Of a stretch of DNA of 64,000 nucleotides, positions 35,655-47,837 are shown one piece after another (position 1 is the first letter of the stretch; every line of letters begins with the position of its first letter). Source of the stretch: an uncultured Pelagibacterales bacterium (GTDB taxonomy: Bacteria > Pseudomonadota > Alphaproteobacteria > TMED109); the NCBI GenBank assembly GCA_913046335.1, contig CAJWSU010000004.1, forward strand, positions 30,260 through 94,259, in the 5' to 3' direction. The notes under the pieces are model-generated. The model was given only the letters and a program-made list of their open reading frames with translations, was not told the DNA's origin and made no database searches. The position numbers and the translations under genes were made by a program.

Positions 35655-36638
35655 TTAATATAAATATAGTTTATTTTTAGGAATGTAGGTTTCTATCCAT
35701 TGTAAAACTTCTTCTAGTTTCGCATCATTAGCAGATTTTAAAAATAGGTTCATAGCTTTATTTACTAGCTTAAGATAATTTTTTTTATTATCTCTTTTAG
35801 CAAGTCTAATGAATATACCAACAATTTTTGCATTTCTTTGCGCAGTTAATACTTTATAGTTTTGATAAAATTGTTTCTCATCTTTAATATTTTTTATTTT
35901 AATAAATTCTTGAATAGCTACTTTTTTTATCTCTTCTGAAACATTTCTTCGTACATCTTCTAATAAAGATGATATATCATATGTTTCGTGACCAATTAAA
36001 GCATCTTGAAAATCAATTAAGCCTATTCTTTTAATATTTTTTCTTTCTGGCAACCAAAAAAGATTATCAGCATGAAAATCTCTTAATACTAGCTTATTAT
36101 TACCTCTCTTTAATTCATTTAGTGGTTTTTCCCAAGCTTTTTCCCATTTTTGTAATGCTATATTATCTATTGTTATTTCTTTTTCTTTAAAAAACCACTC
36201 TGTAAAAATACTTAATTCTGCAAATAAATATTTATTACTATATACTGGTATGGCTTTAGGATTCATATTTTTATGAATTTCTGCTAAACATTGGACTGCA
36301 TTGATATATAATAGTTCTTCGGAAATATTTTTCTTAATTGCTTTGTTAAAAGTTAATTTTCCAAAATCTTCTATGATAAATAAACCATTTTTATGGTCGC
36401 TTTTAAAAATCTTTGGAGCGGATAAGCCAATATTATTTAAATACCCTGAAATTTCTATAAAGCCATAGTTATTATTATCTTTGGGTTGTGAATCCATTAG
36501 TAAAGTATTCTTATTATTTTTAATTCTAAAATAACTTCTATTGGATGCATCTTGCTTAATAGGATCAAGTAATAGGGGGTTTATATCATTAGCTTTTAAG
36601 AAGTCTTTAATTTTTTTATTATCCATTATCTCTATCAT
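35655..36638 (-). CDS. amgK: aminoglycoside-phosphotransferase-fold kinase (AmgK-like MurNAc/GlcNAc kinase)
   Basis: The translation has the catalytic loop LRDFHADNLFW, then IDFQDA. It is in tsaE-amgK-murU synteny. Confidence 0.7.
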   Translation of the reverse strand: MIEIMDNKKIKDFLKANDINPLLLDPIKQDASNRSYFRIKNNKNTLLMDSQPKDNNNYGFIEISGYLNNIGLSAPKIFKSDHKNGLFIIEDFGKLTFNKAIKKNISEELLYINAVQCLAEIHKNMNPKAIPVYSNKYLFAELSIFTEWFFKEKEITIDNIALQKWEKAWEKPLNELKRGNNKLVLRDFHADNLFWLPERKNIKRIGLIDFQDALIGHETYDISSLLEDVRRNVSEEIKKVAIQEFIKIKNIKDEKQFYQNYKVLTAQRNAKIVGIFIRLAKRDNKKNYLKLVNKAMNLFLKSANDAKLEEVLQWIETYIPKNKLYLY

Positions 36639-37091
36639 CTAAAGAAATTGAAACTCTTTAATGCCTTCTAGAAGGTCTTGATTAGCATTAATTTCTGCTG
36701 ACCTTGCATTATTACTAAGGTCTTTAAGTACAATCTCAATTCTCTTTTTAGGTAGCAAATATTCAATTATCTCCGGCCATTCAATTATAATAATGCCATT
36801 ATTTAAAGCATCTTCTAAACTTAAGTTCCATACATCTCCTGGTTGTTTTAACCTATACATATCATAATGCCATATTATATTATCTTCATATTCGTACGTT
36901 AATAACAAAGGAAATGTTGGGCTTAAGACTTTATTACTATTAGTGAGGTACTTTATAAAAGACCGCGCCAATGTAGTTTTTCCAGTACCTAAATCACCTT
37001 TTAAGCAAATTATTTCATTTTTTTTTGCAAGTTGAGCAATTTTTTTACCTAATTTTATTGTATCTTCGACATTACTCAATAATACTTTCAT
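36639..37091 (-). CDS. tsaE: tRNA t6A37 biosynthesis ATPase TsaE
   Basis: The translation has GDLGTGKTTLARSF, SPTFPL and HYDMYRL. Confidence 0.9.
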   Translation of the reverse strand: MKVLLSNVEDTIKLGKKIAQLAKKNEIICLKGDLGTGKTTLARSFIKYLTNSNKVLSPTFPLLLTYEYEDNIIWHYDMYRLKQPGDVWNLSLEDALNNGIIIIEWPEIIEYLLPKKRIEIVLKDLSNNARSAEINANQDLLEGIKEFQFL

Positions 37092-37099
37092 TAATTATA

Positions 37100-38927
<1,828 letters not shown>

Positions 38928-38983
38928 ATAAAAATTTAGTAGAGGATCAGCATATTATTAAATTTTTATATATTATACAATTA

Positions 38984-40276
38984 TTAAAATTTTTTTGATC
39001 GCACCAAAGAGCTAGGAATGTTTAAACTTTCTCTATATTTATTCACAGTTCTTCGTGATATCATAATATCTTCTTTTTTTAATAAATTTACAATTTTTTG
39101 ATCACTTAAGATAATATCTAATTGTTCTTCGGAGGTTATTAACTTCTTTATCTTAGCCTTGATTGATATAGAAGAACTATTTTTAACATTCAATTTATCC
39201 TTAGTCTTACTTGTGAAAAAAAAACTTAAAGGTATCGTTTTATTATTAAATTTAATATATTTATTCTTAACTGTTCTACTTATTGTGCTCTCATTCATTA
39301 AAACCTTTTTACTAATTTGATTATGTGTTAATGGTAAAATGCTTTCTGCACCATGCAGAAAAAACATTTTTTGAAATTCTAAAACAGCTTTTGATACTAA
39401 TAACATAGTCTCATTTCTTCTATTTAAATTGTTTTGAATCATTTTGCCATGTGCAATTTGCTCTTGAATATATGTCTTCATTTCTTTGTTTGATAAATGC
39501 TTTTGTTTAACTTTCATTTGATTTACATATTTTTTGTTTATAAATACTTGATGATGATTTTTATTATATAAATTTATATTTATTTTACGTCCATCCATAG
39601 TAACTAATATATCAGGTATTACTGCTTCAATTTTTTCTACTTCTAATCCTTCTAAAGGCCTTGGTTTTAGAGATTTTATATTTTTAATCATATGCATAAT
39701 TTGTTTCATATCTACTTCACATTGCACAGCCAGTTTATTAAAGTTTCCAGATGCTAAATCTTTTAAATTTTGTAAAAGTATTTCATATTTATAATTAAAA
39801 ATACCTTTTTTTTGCAATTGAAAAGATAAATGCTCTGCTATAGAATTAGAAAATATTCCTATAGGATCTAATAATTTTAGCTTGAGCAATACTTCATTTG
39901 ATTTTATTTTTGATGTTTTCCCTAATTGAGCCGCTTCGCTAGGCGTTATTCTGCAAAAACCAAAATTATCAAGGTTCTCTATATAAATCTCGATAAGCAC
40001 TTCTTCTTCTCTATCTGTAGCTATTAAAGAACTTTGTTGATATAACCATTCTTTTATATTGTAATTGTTTTTTTGATTATCAATATTTGGATCTTTAATT
40101 GATTTATAAGAACTTTTAGAACTAAGTAAAAAAGGATTTTTTTCTATTGCTTGCCTAATAAAATTATCTATTTCATTAGAAGACATTTGTAGGACGTTTA
40201 TAGCATTAATTATATTACTATTGATTTTTTGATTAATTGTGATTTTAGGTTTTTGATAAAAATTTTGTTTTAGCAT
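38984..40276 (-). CDS. rpoN: RNA polymerase sigma-54 factor (short, 430 aa)
   Basis: An RpoN box (SRRTVNKYR) and an HTH (ISKKVLMNESTISRTV) are present. It follows lptB. Confidence 0.9.
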   Translation of the reverse strand: MLKQNFYQKPKITINQKINSNIINAINVLQMSSNEIDNFIRQAIEKNPFLLSSKSSYKSIKDPNIDNQKNNYNIKEWLYQQSSLIATDREEEVLIEIYIENLDNFGFCRITPSEAAQLGKTSKIKSNEVLLKLKLLDPIGIFSNSIAEHLSFQLQKKGIFNYKYEILLQNLKDLASGNFNKLAVQCEVDMKQIMHMIKNIKSLKPRPLEGLEVEKIEAVIPDILVTMDGRKININLYNKNHHQVFINKKYVNQMKVKQKHLSNKEMKTYIQEQIAHGKMIQNNLNRRNETMLLVSKAVLEFQKMFFLHGAESILPLTHNQISKKVLMNESTISRTVKNKYIKFNNKTIPLSFFFTSKTKDKLNVKNSSSISIKAKIKKLITSEEQLDIILSDQKIVNLLKKEDIMISRRTVNKYRESLNIPSSLVRSKKF

Positions 40277-40288
40277 TTTTTAATATAG

Positions 40289-41047
40289 TTAAAGGTTAAA
40301 TTTCTTACCTAAATAAACTCTTCTTACATTCTCATCTTCTATAATGTCATGAGGACTACCATGCATTAGTACTTTACCTTCATGTATAATATATGCTTTA
40401 TCTATGAGTTCTAAAGTTTCTTTTACATTATGATCTGTAATTAATACTCCAACACCTCTGTCCTTAATATGCTTTATTAATTCTCTGATTTCCTCAATTG
40501 CTATAGGATCTATTCCTGCTAATGGTTCATCTAAAAGTATAAAAGATGGTTGAGATGCTAAAGCTCTAGCAATTTCTACTTTTCTTCTTTCTCCACCAGA
40601 TAATGCTAAGCTAGATGTTCGCCTTAGATGAGTTAATGAAAATTCTGCCAATAATTCATCCAACTGTATCTCTCTTTCAGTTCTATCTGAAATATGTAAG
40701 GCTAATATTGCTCTAATATTTTGCTCCACAGTCATACCTCTAAAAATAGATATTTCTTGAGGTAAGTATCCTATTCCTGCTCTTGCTCTTTTATAAATAG
40801 GCATTTTTGTTATATCTTTATTATTTAATAAAACTTTCCCATAATCAGGAGTAATCAAACCACTTATCATATAAAAGCATGTGGTTTTTCCTGCGCCATT
40901 TGGACCTAGTAATCCTACAGCTTCTCCTCTTTGAATTTGAAGTGAAACACTTCTTACGACTGGTCTTTTTTGAAAAGATTTGCCTAGGTTTGTTACCACT
41001 AGTCCATTATTTTTTATAATTAATTTTGGATTATTGTTTTCTATCAT
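40289..41047 (-). CDS. lptB: LPS export ABC transporter ATP-binding protein
   Basis: The translation has GPNGAGKTT, LSGGERRK and ILLDEP. It is in lptC-lptA-lptB synteny. Confidence 0.95.
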   Translation of the reverse strand: MIENNNPKLIIKNNGLVVTNLGKSFQKRPVVRSVSLQIQRGEAVGLLGPNGAGKTTCFYMISGLITPDYGKVLLNNKDITKMPIYKRARAGIGYLPQEISIFRGMTVEQNIRAILALHISDRTEREIQLDELLAEFSLTHLRRTSSLALSGGERRKVEIARALASQPSFILLDEPLAGIDPIAIEEIRELIKHIKDRGVGVLITDHNVKETLELIDKAYIIHEGKVLMHGSPHDIIEDENVRRVYLGKKFNL

Positions 41048-41538
41048 TCTATATCTTCATCATTTGTCTTTGGAAGAAATCGCATTTTCACTTTCTTAGA
41101 ATCGTTTTTACTGCTTATTTGACTTATGCCTGTATTAAGATTCATTTCAAGTAGTTCACCTTTCATAAGGTTATCATTTTTCATAAGAGTCACTTCATCT
41201 TCAATAATAATATTATTTTTAATAAAGTCATAGGTTGCAAGTTTACCAGTTGCTATTTCATCCATATTAGTAAATATAACATTACCCTCTGCTTTAATTA
41301 AAATTATTTCGTTAGTGTCATTATTTTTTTCTAAATACACAATTAGCTTATCAGCTTGCATCTTTCTTTTACCTTGTACGGCAGCAGCATTTCCAATTGC
41401 ATATGCGATTCTTTCATTATCATCCCATTGCATCTCATCAGACGTAATATCAACAGGAATTATTTCCTCTGCATATACAATTATTATAGAACAAATATAA
41501 ATTGATATTATCTTTAAATAAACTGCCATATATTTCAT
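41044..41538 (-). CDS. lptA: LPS transport periplasmic protein LptA (OstA-like)
   Basis: A signal peptide is followed by an OstA_N-type beta-jellyroll repeat pattern. Position is between lptC and lptB. Confidence 0.8.
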   Translation of the reverse strand: MKYMAVYLKIISIYICSIIIVYAEEIIPVDITSDEMQWDDNERIAYAIGNAAAVQGKRKMQADKLIVYLEKNNDTNEIILIKAEGNVIFTNMDEIATGKLATYDFIKNNIIIEDEVTLMKNDNLMKGELLEMNLNTGISQISSKNDSKKVKMRFLPKTNDEDIE

Positions 41539-42191
41539 TGAGCTATTCCTTTATTATTGTATAAAGAAAGTTTTGGGTTGCCTGTCAAGTTGATAATAGA
41601 ACTTTTTAAATTATAACTAAATCCTTTTCCTTTTAATATTCCCCATTGCCCATCTAAGGTAACTTCATCTTCACCATTTATTATATTATTTTTATAATTA
41701 TATATTATACTATCAGTAAACAATTTTGTGCCATCCGAAGATATTATTTCTACATTTTCTATTAATTTTAATATTCCTTTATTACTATTTAATATACCTT
41801 TTATAGAGTAAAAATAAATATTTCTTTTGTTAGACAATTTATATTGTCCCTTTGGATTTTTTAAAATTATAATATTAGGGTTTTCAACACTTTTTTTTGC
41901 TAGGAACGCTTCTATGGTTATAGGTTCATTAGATTTATTTTGGATCAGAAGCTTGGGACTCAATAAAGTATCAGGTTGAAATAAATATTCCGCTTTATTT
42001 ATACTTAATAATTCAACATCAGGTATTTTTTTGCTCCATTTGTAAATTATTAATATAGAAAATATTAATAATAATAAAAAAATTATTTTTAATATAGGTT
42101 TATAAATACTTTTTTTATTAAGATTTTGTACATCATTATTTTGAATATTTTTGTGCCAAGTATTATGAAATGTTCTATTTTCTGTTTTCAT
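41535..42191 (-). CDS. lptC: LPS export system protein LptC
   Basis: A single N-terminal TM anchor is followed by a periplasmic beta domain. Position is between kdsD and lptA. Confidence 0.7.
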   Translation of the reverse strand: MKTENRTFHNTWHKNIQNNDVQNLNKKSIYKPILKIIFLLLLIFSILIIYKWSKKIPDVELLSINKAEYLFQPDTLLSPKLLIQNKSNEPITIEAFLAKKSVENPNIIILKNPKGQYKLSNKRNIYFYSIKGILNSNKGILKLIENVEIISSDGTKLFTDSIIYNYKNNIINGEDEVTLDGQWGILKGKGFSYNLKSSIINLTGNPKLSLYNNKGIAQ

Positions 42192-42193
42192 AT

Positions 42194-43153
42194 TTACCCA
42201 GTTTTAATACAGTCGTGTATATGAATGATACCCTCTGGTATTTTAGAATTATTCTTAACAACAAATACAGCAGTAATCTTATTTTTATTCATGATATTAA
42301 CAGTATTTTTAATATTTATCTTAGACTCTATAGTGATAGGATTTTTAGTCATAATTTTATCTATTGGTAGATCTAAAAAGTTTTTCGCAATATTCCTTCT
42401 TAGGTCCCCATCTGTAACTATACCTATTAAAACATTTTTATTATTAGTTATACCTACACATCCAAAACCGAAAGATGTCATTTTTAATAAAACTTCTCGC
42501 ATTGTATGATTATTTTTAATTAAAGGTATTTTATCTTTTTTATGCATTATATCTTTTACTAAAAGAAGGCTCTTTCCCAACATTCCTCCAGGATGAAACT
42601 TTTTAAAGCTTTCTTGCTTAAACTTTCTTTTATTCATCAATGCTACAGCGATAGCATCACCTAATACAAGCATCATTGTGGTGGAAGTAGTAGGAGCTAA
42701 ATTTAAGGGACATGCCTCTGTAATATCAGGAATTAGACAGGTAACATCAGAATTTCTTGCCAAGAAACTATTTTTCTTAGCTGTAATAGATATTAATTTT
42801 ATTTTGTTTGTTTTTGCAAAATTAATGATCGGAAACATTTCTTTTGTTTCGCCTGATTTGGACAATGCTATTAAAACATCTTTATCTTGAATTGTGCCAA
42901 GGTCCCCATGATTTGCTTCAGCACAATTAATATATTGTGATGGAGATCCAGTTGAAGAAAAAGTTGCAGTTAACTTTAAGCCTATATAGCCACTTTTTCC
43001 TATTCCAGTTATGATAATTTTACCTTTATTTTTATATAATAAATTTACAGCTTTTATAACAGTTGTATCAATTAATTTTTCTAATTTTGTCAAGGCAAGT
43101 TTTTGTATCTTAATATTGTTTTTTATTAAACCTATTTCTTTTGATTGCAACAA
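42194..43153 (-). CDS. kdsD: arabinose-5-phosphate isomerase (KdsD/KpsF; SIS domain plus tandem CBS domains)
   Basis: The translation has ITGIGKSG, ALSKSGET and FHPGG, followed by two CBS repeats. Confidence 0.93.
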   Translation of the reverse strand: MLQSKEIGLIKNNIKIQKLALTKLEKLIDTTVIKAVNLLYKNKGKIIITGIGKSGYIGLKLTATFSSTGSPSQYINCAEANHGDLGTIQDKDVLIALSKSGETKEMFPIINFAKTNKIKLISITAKKNSFLARNSDVTCLIPDITEACPLNLAPTTSTTMMLVLGDAIAVALMNKRKFKQESFKKFHPGGMLGKSLLLVKDIMHKKDKIPLIKNNHTMREVLLKMTSFGFGCVGITNNKNVLIGIVTDGDLRRNIAKNFLDLPIDKIMTKNPITIESKINIKNTVNIMNKNKITAVFVVKNNSKIPEGIIHIHDCIKTG

Positions 43154-43182
43154 TTTTTAGCTCCTGATCTTGTATATATTAT

Positions 43183-43800
43183 TTAATGAGAAAAAATATC
43201 AGGTTCATGCCATCCATTTAAATCTAAGTAAGCCCTCGTACCTATAAATTTAAAAAGTGTTTCCGCTAATTCTTGTCTATTTTCTCTTTCTAAAATAATG
43301 TCTAATTCATATTTAATTTTATGTAGGTATAAAACATCTGAAGCTGCATACTTTAACTGTTCATGGCTTAAATCTTCATTTCCCCAATCAGAACTTTGTT
43401 TTTGCTTTGATATATCAATATTGATTAGCTCCTTACATAGTTCTTTTAGACCATGCCTATCTGTATAAGTTCGGATTAATTTTGAAGCAATTTTAGTGCA
43501 GTAAATATTTTTACAGAATATTCCCATATGTTTTTGAATTGCGGCAAGGTCAAAACGAGCGAAATGAAATATTTTTTTTATTTTATCGTCCATTAATACT
43601 TTTGATAAATTAGGATAGAGAGTATTTTTTTTTATTTGTACTAGGTGAGCAAAATCATCACCATCTGATATTTGCACTAAACATAGTCTGTCCCTTCTAA
43701 AATCTAAACCCATCGTTTCAGTATCAATTGCTATACAATTAGAAAATTTTAAATCTAAAGGTAAGTCATTTTTATAAAAGGTATATTTATTCTCTTTCAT
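43183..43800 (-). CDS. rnd: short ribonuclease D-like 3'-5' exonuclease (DEDDy domain only)
   Basis: The translation has IAIDTETMGL, HFARFDL and YAASDVLYL. Confidence 0.8.
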   Translation of the reverse strand: MKENKYTFYKNDLPLDLKFSNCIAIDTETMGLDFRRDRLCLVQISDGDDFAHLVQIKKNTLYPNLSKVLMDDKIKKIFHFARFDLAAIQKHMGIFCKNIYCTKIASKLIRTYTDRHGLKELCKELINIDISKQKQSSDWGNEDLSHEQLKYAASDVLYLHKIKYELDIILERENRQELAETLFKFIGTRAYLDLNGWHEPDIFSH

Positions 43801-43985
43801 TGATTCTCCAATTTTTTCTAAATTTTATAGCATCTTTTAAAATTTACCTAATCAATTTAGAAATCATTCATCATATGTTAATATATTCATAATATTTTTT
43901 GATTTTCTAATTTTACTTGTCCATCTGTATCTTTTATGTATATAAAATCAACATATTTATACAATATATTTATAAAGGTTTTTTT

Positions 43986-44927
43986 TTGAATATTCATAAC
44001 AATTCAAATTCCACCGTGGTTATTTTTGGTGCGTCGGGTTTTTTAGGTAGGTATATAGTTTCTATACTATTACAAGATAATTACCTAATAAAAGTGTTTG
44101 TTAGAAAACCTGATGAAGCAAAACACTTAACTTTGATGGGAAAGTTAGGACAAGTAGAAATATATCAGGGCAATATAAATGATAAAAAGAGTGTTCAAAA
44201 TATTGTCGATGGTGCTAATAAAGTTATAAATTTAGTGGGCATCCTAGAAGAGAAAAGTCAACAAAAATTTAATAAGACCCATGTGGAAGGTGCATCTAAT
44301 ATAGCTGAGGCTTGTTTAAAGCATAAGGCTGAAAGTTTTATTCATATTTCTGCTTTAGGCCTCTATGATGGCACGCATTCAAAATATGCGAACAGTAAAC
44401 TAGTAGCAGAAAAAAAAATAAAAAAAATATTTAAAAAAGCAATTATTTTAAGACCCAGCGTAATATTTGGTCCAGAAGATAATTTTACTAATAAGTTTGC
44501 TAGAATGGCCTCAATTTCTCCATTTATTCCATTAATAAATAAAGGTTTAACTAAATTTCAGCCAGTGTATGTAAAAGATGTGGCTAAGGCTGTTTATGTT
44601 GTCATTAATAACAATAAATATAGTGGTCAAACATATAGTTTAGGAGGACCAGAGGTTATTAGTTTTAAAGAAATTATAGATTTTATTTTATTAAAAATTA
44701 GTAAAAAAAGAATTTATATACCTTTATCTTTTCCTCAAATAAAGTTAATGGCGATTTTGTTCTCTATTTTGCCCAATGCTCCTATCACCTTAGATCAAGT
44801 CAAACTCTTAGAAAAAGACAATATCGTTTTAAAAAAAGAAAAAGGTTTTAAAGAATTAGGTATTAAGCCTGAATCCATATACTTATCAGCTGAGCAATAT
44901 TTAAATAGATATATATCTAGGTATTGA
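43986..44927 (+). CDS. NDUFA9-like NAD(P)-binding epimerase/dehydratase family protein
   Basis: The translation has VVIFGASGFLGRY and YANSKLVAE. A TTG at 43986 gives a sensible N-terminus; the track ORF starts at 43917. Confidence 0.8.
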   Translation: MNIHNNSNSTVVIFGASGFLGRYIVSILLQDNYLIKVFVRKPDEAKHLTLMGKLGQVEIYQGNINDKKSVQNIVDGANKVINLVGILEEKSQQKFNKTHVEGASNIAEACLKHKAESFIHISALGLYDGTHSKYANSKLVAEKKIKKIFKKAIILRPSVIFGPEDNFTNKFARMASISPFIPLINKGLTKFQPVYVKDVAKAVYVVINNNKYSGQTYSLGGPEVISFKEIIDFILLKISKKRIYIPLSFPQIKLMAILFSILPNAPITLDQVKLLEKDNIVLKKEKGFKELGIKPESIYLSAEQYLNRYISRY

Positions 44928-45717
44928 TAATAGTTAATATCGTCAGTCCTAAAAGTATTCGATATAAAATAAATGGTGCAAAATTTTTAGTTTTAAGCCA
45001 TTTCATTAGAAAAATAATAGATAAATAAGCAAATATAAAAGACATAATACAAGTTATTAATATATATAGGTAGTTAGTAATATTTAATTCATTATTTATT
45101 AACCATATTGACTCTAATGTAACAGCACCAACAATAACTGGTATGCTTGTATACAGGCCTAATTTTGCAGCTTCAATTCTTTGAATATTAAGTATTCTTG
45201 CAGCAGTTATTATTGTTCCAGATCTTGATGCGCCTGGTATAAGAGCAAAAACTTGTAAAATGCCAATAAATAAACATTCTAAAAATGAGAGCGAAGAAAT
45301 TTTTTTTTTTTTAATTTTAAATTTGTCAGATATAAAGAGTAATATGGCTCCTATAATACTAGACCATGCAATCACGTTTAGAGTTAATAGTTTATCATCA
45401 AAATTTTTAAAAATAAATAATCCTACCAAAATTATAGGAACAGTAATTACTATTACATTTTTTAAAGTTTTAATATTTTTGTTTTGGAAGTAATTTTCTA
45501 ATTTAAAAATTGATCTAATAATATTAGCAATATCATCTTTTAAATAAAGAAGGACTGCAAATAATGACCCTAAATGAGCGGCTATTGCCATAGTTCTTCC
45601 TGGGATAGGCCAGTTTAAAATTTTTTCTAAAATCAATAAATGTGCAGAAGAAGATATAGGCAGAAATTCTGTAATGCCTTGAACTAGAGAATATAAAATG
45701 ATTTCCCAAAATAACAT
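44917..45717 (-). CDS. uppP: undecaprenyl-diphosphate phosphatase
   Basis: The translation has QGITEFLPISSSAHL and PGASRSG (BacA motifs). Confidence 0.93.
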   Translation of the reverse strand: MLFWEIILYSLVQGITEFLPISSSAHLLILEKILNWPIPGRTMAIAAHLGSLFAVLLYLKDDIANIIRSIFKLENYFQNKNIKTLKNVIVITVPIILVGLFIFKNFDDKLLTLNVIAWSSIIGAILLFISDKFKIKKKKISSLSFLECLFIGILQVFALIPGASRSGTIITAARILNIQRIEAAKLGLYTSIPVIVGAVTLESIWLINNELNITNYLYILITCIMSFIFAYLSIIFLMKWLKTKNFAPFILYRILLGLTILTIINT

Positions 45718-45814
45718 AATATTGCCTTGTCAATTATTTTAATTTTGTTTTAAATACTTAATATTAAATACTCTATACTTATTGTATAAAACTTAGTAAT
45801 GGAATCTTATTTAA

Positions 45815-46483
45815 ATGAATATACTTTATCATTTACCTTTTGCAGCAAATAGTCGGATTGTCAGAATGGCTCTTTCCGAAAAAAAAATTGATGTAAAATT
45901 AATAGTTGAGCCTATATGGGAAAGACGAGATAGTTTTTTATCGCTTAATCCAGAAGGCCAAGTTCCTGTTTTATTACATAATCAAAATCTAACATTATCT
46001 GGTGCACCTGTTATAATTGAATGGTTAGAGGATGTATCATCAGATAATAGCCTCATAGGAAATGATATAATTTTTAGAGCTGAGGCAAGAAGGATAATGT
46101 TTTGGTTTAATAGTAAATTTTCATCAGAGGTAGAATCGTCAATAGTATATGAAAAAATTATGAAGGCTTTTATGGGTAAAGGCAATCCTGATGCAAGTAT
46201 CCTTAGAGTAGGAAGAAAAAATTTAATAACTCATATGAAATATATAGACTGGTTAAGCAAAAATAGAGATTGGCTAGCAGGTAAATCATTTAGTGTGGCA
46301 GATATTTCTGCATCAGCTAATTTATCTATTTTAGATTATTTGGGGGAAATTCAATGGAGAGATTATGCTTATGCAAAGGAATGGTATGCAAGAGTAAAGT
46401 CGCGTCCATCTTTTAGAGGTATACTTTTAGATAAAATTCCAGGGCTTCTGCCTCCAAAATATTATTCAGACCTCGATTTTTAA
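45815..46483 (+). CDS. glutathione S-transferase family protein
   Basis: An N-terminal thioredoxin-like domain (LNPEGQVPVL) is followed by a C-terminal helical domain. Confidence 0.85.
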   Translation: MNILYHLPFAANSRIVRMALSEKKIDVKLIVEPIWERRDSFLSLNPEGQVPVLLHNQNLTLSGAPVIIEWLEDVSSDNSLIGNDIIFRAEARRIMFWFNSKFSSEVESSIVYEKIMKAFMGKGNPDASILRVGRKNLITHMKYIDWLSKNRDWLAGKSFSVADISASANLSILDYLGEIQWRDYAYAKEWYARVKSRPSFRGILLDKIPGLLPPKYYSDLDF

Positions 46484-46526
46484 ATTAATTATTGTAGTAT
46501 ATATATATATTCTAGGAGAATAAAAT

Positions 46527-47837
46527 ATGGGATCCTTTTCAAGTCTAATTGAGCTTAGTGTAGAGTTTTTTAAATATATACTTAATTCGTATATTTTATT
46601 TCCAATAGGCCTTGATTGGATAGTGTACAATATCTTATATCACCTTTTAATAGTGTTAATAATAACTGCAATTTTTTCATTAATATTTAATAAACTTATT
46701 ATTGTCTTTATAAGAAGCAGATTAAATAAATTAAGTTTTGATATAGGTCAGCAATTATTAGAAAAAAAAGTTTTAATTCCAATAGGCTGGGCAATACCTA
46801 TAATTATATTTGAGGCAGGGTTAGGTAGTTATTCTCCTGACGAGGGTATTATCTCACGTTTAACTAAATCGTTGATAATCTTAGTCTTTATTATATCTTT
46901 TACTAGGTTTTTAGCTGCAATTTCTGAAATCCTTAAGGGCAACAAGGCTTTTGCAGGTACTCCTATTCAAAGTTATATGCAGCTTTTAAAATTAATTATA
47001 TACTTATTTGGTTTAATTATAATAGTCTGTACTTTGTCAAATACCTCTCCTTGGACAATTATCTCAGGACTAGGCGCCCTAACTGCTGTTATTTTATTGG
47101 TTTTTAAAGATACTATATTAGGTCTTGTTGCATCTATTCAAGTTTTTGGTTCTGATACTATAAGAGAAGGAGATTGGGTTACTATTCCTTCACTAGACAT
47201 AGATGGTGACTGTATAGAAGTAGGTTTGCATACTGTAACGGTAAGGTCTTGGGATAAGGCGCTGATTACATTTCCAAGCGCAAAATTATTAGAGCACCCT
47301 TTTAAGAATTGGAGGGGTATGGAGGAATCTGGAGGTAGAAGAATTAAACGTTCTATAAATATTGATCAAAGCTCAGTTAGTTTTATTGACCCTGCATTAA
47401 AGGAAAAATTAGAAAAATTTAAGTTATTATCTGGACATTTTTTAGAAAAAGAAAAAGAAATTGAGGATGCTAATAGTCTGTTGGAAGGAGATAAGATTAA
47501 TCATAGAAGGTTAACGAATATTGGAGTATTTAGAGCCTATATATTAGAATACCTTAAAAATCATCATGAAATAAATAATGATCTTACCATGATGGTTAGA
47601 CAATTATCACCTACCAGTATGGGGATTCCTTTAGAAGTTTATGCTTTCACTTCTTCAGTAGAATGGACAGAGTATGAATCTGTTCAATCTGACATTTTTG
47701 ATCATTTATTAGCCATAGTCTCTAATTTTGAACTTAAATTAACTCAAGCTCCATCAGGTAGCGATATAAAAAGTTTAGGTTATAATATTCATCAAAATAG
47801 TAAAAATATTAATGAAAAACTTACACGAAAAGATTAA
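46527..47837 (+). CDS. mechanosensitive ion channel (MscS family)
   Basis: TM helices are followed by the FKDTILGLVASIQVFGSDTIREGDWV pore and beta-domain signature. Confidence 0.88.
   Translation: MGSFSSLIELSVEFFKYILNSYILFPIGLDWIVYNILYHLLIVLIITAIFSLIFNKLIIVFIRSRLNKLSFDIGQQLLEKKVLIPIGWAIPIIIFEAGLGSYSPDEGIISRLTKSLIILVFIISFTRFLAAISEILKGNKAFAGTPIQSYMQLLKLIIYLFGLIIIVCTLSNTSPWTIISGLGALTAVILLVFKDTILGLVASIQVFGSDTIREGDWVTIPSLDIDGDCIEVGLHTVTVRSWDKALITFPSAKLLEHPFKNWRGMEESGGRRIKRSINIDQSSVSFIDPALKEKLEKFKLLSGHFLEKEKEIEDANSLLEGDKINHRRLTNIGVFRAYILEYLKNHHEINNDLTMMVRQLSPTSMGIPLEVYAFTSSVEWTEYESVQSDIFDHLLAIVSNFELKLTQAPSGSDIKSLGYNIHQNSKNINEKLTRKD

Noticed and set aside
46498-46510. A (TA)6 microsatellite upstream of the MscS-family gene.
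   Set aside because: It is too short to be a meaningful repeat element. It probably just supplies -10-like sequence.
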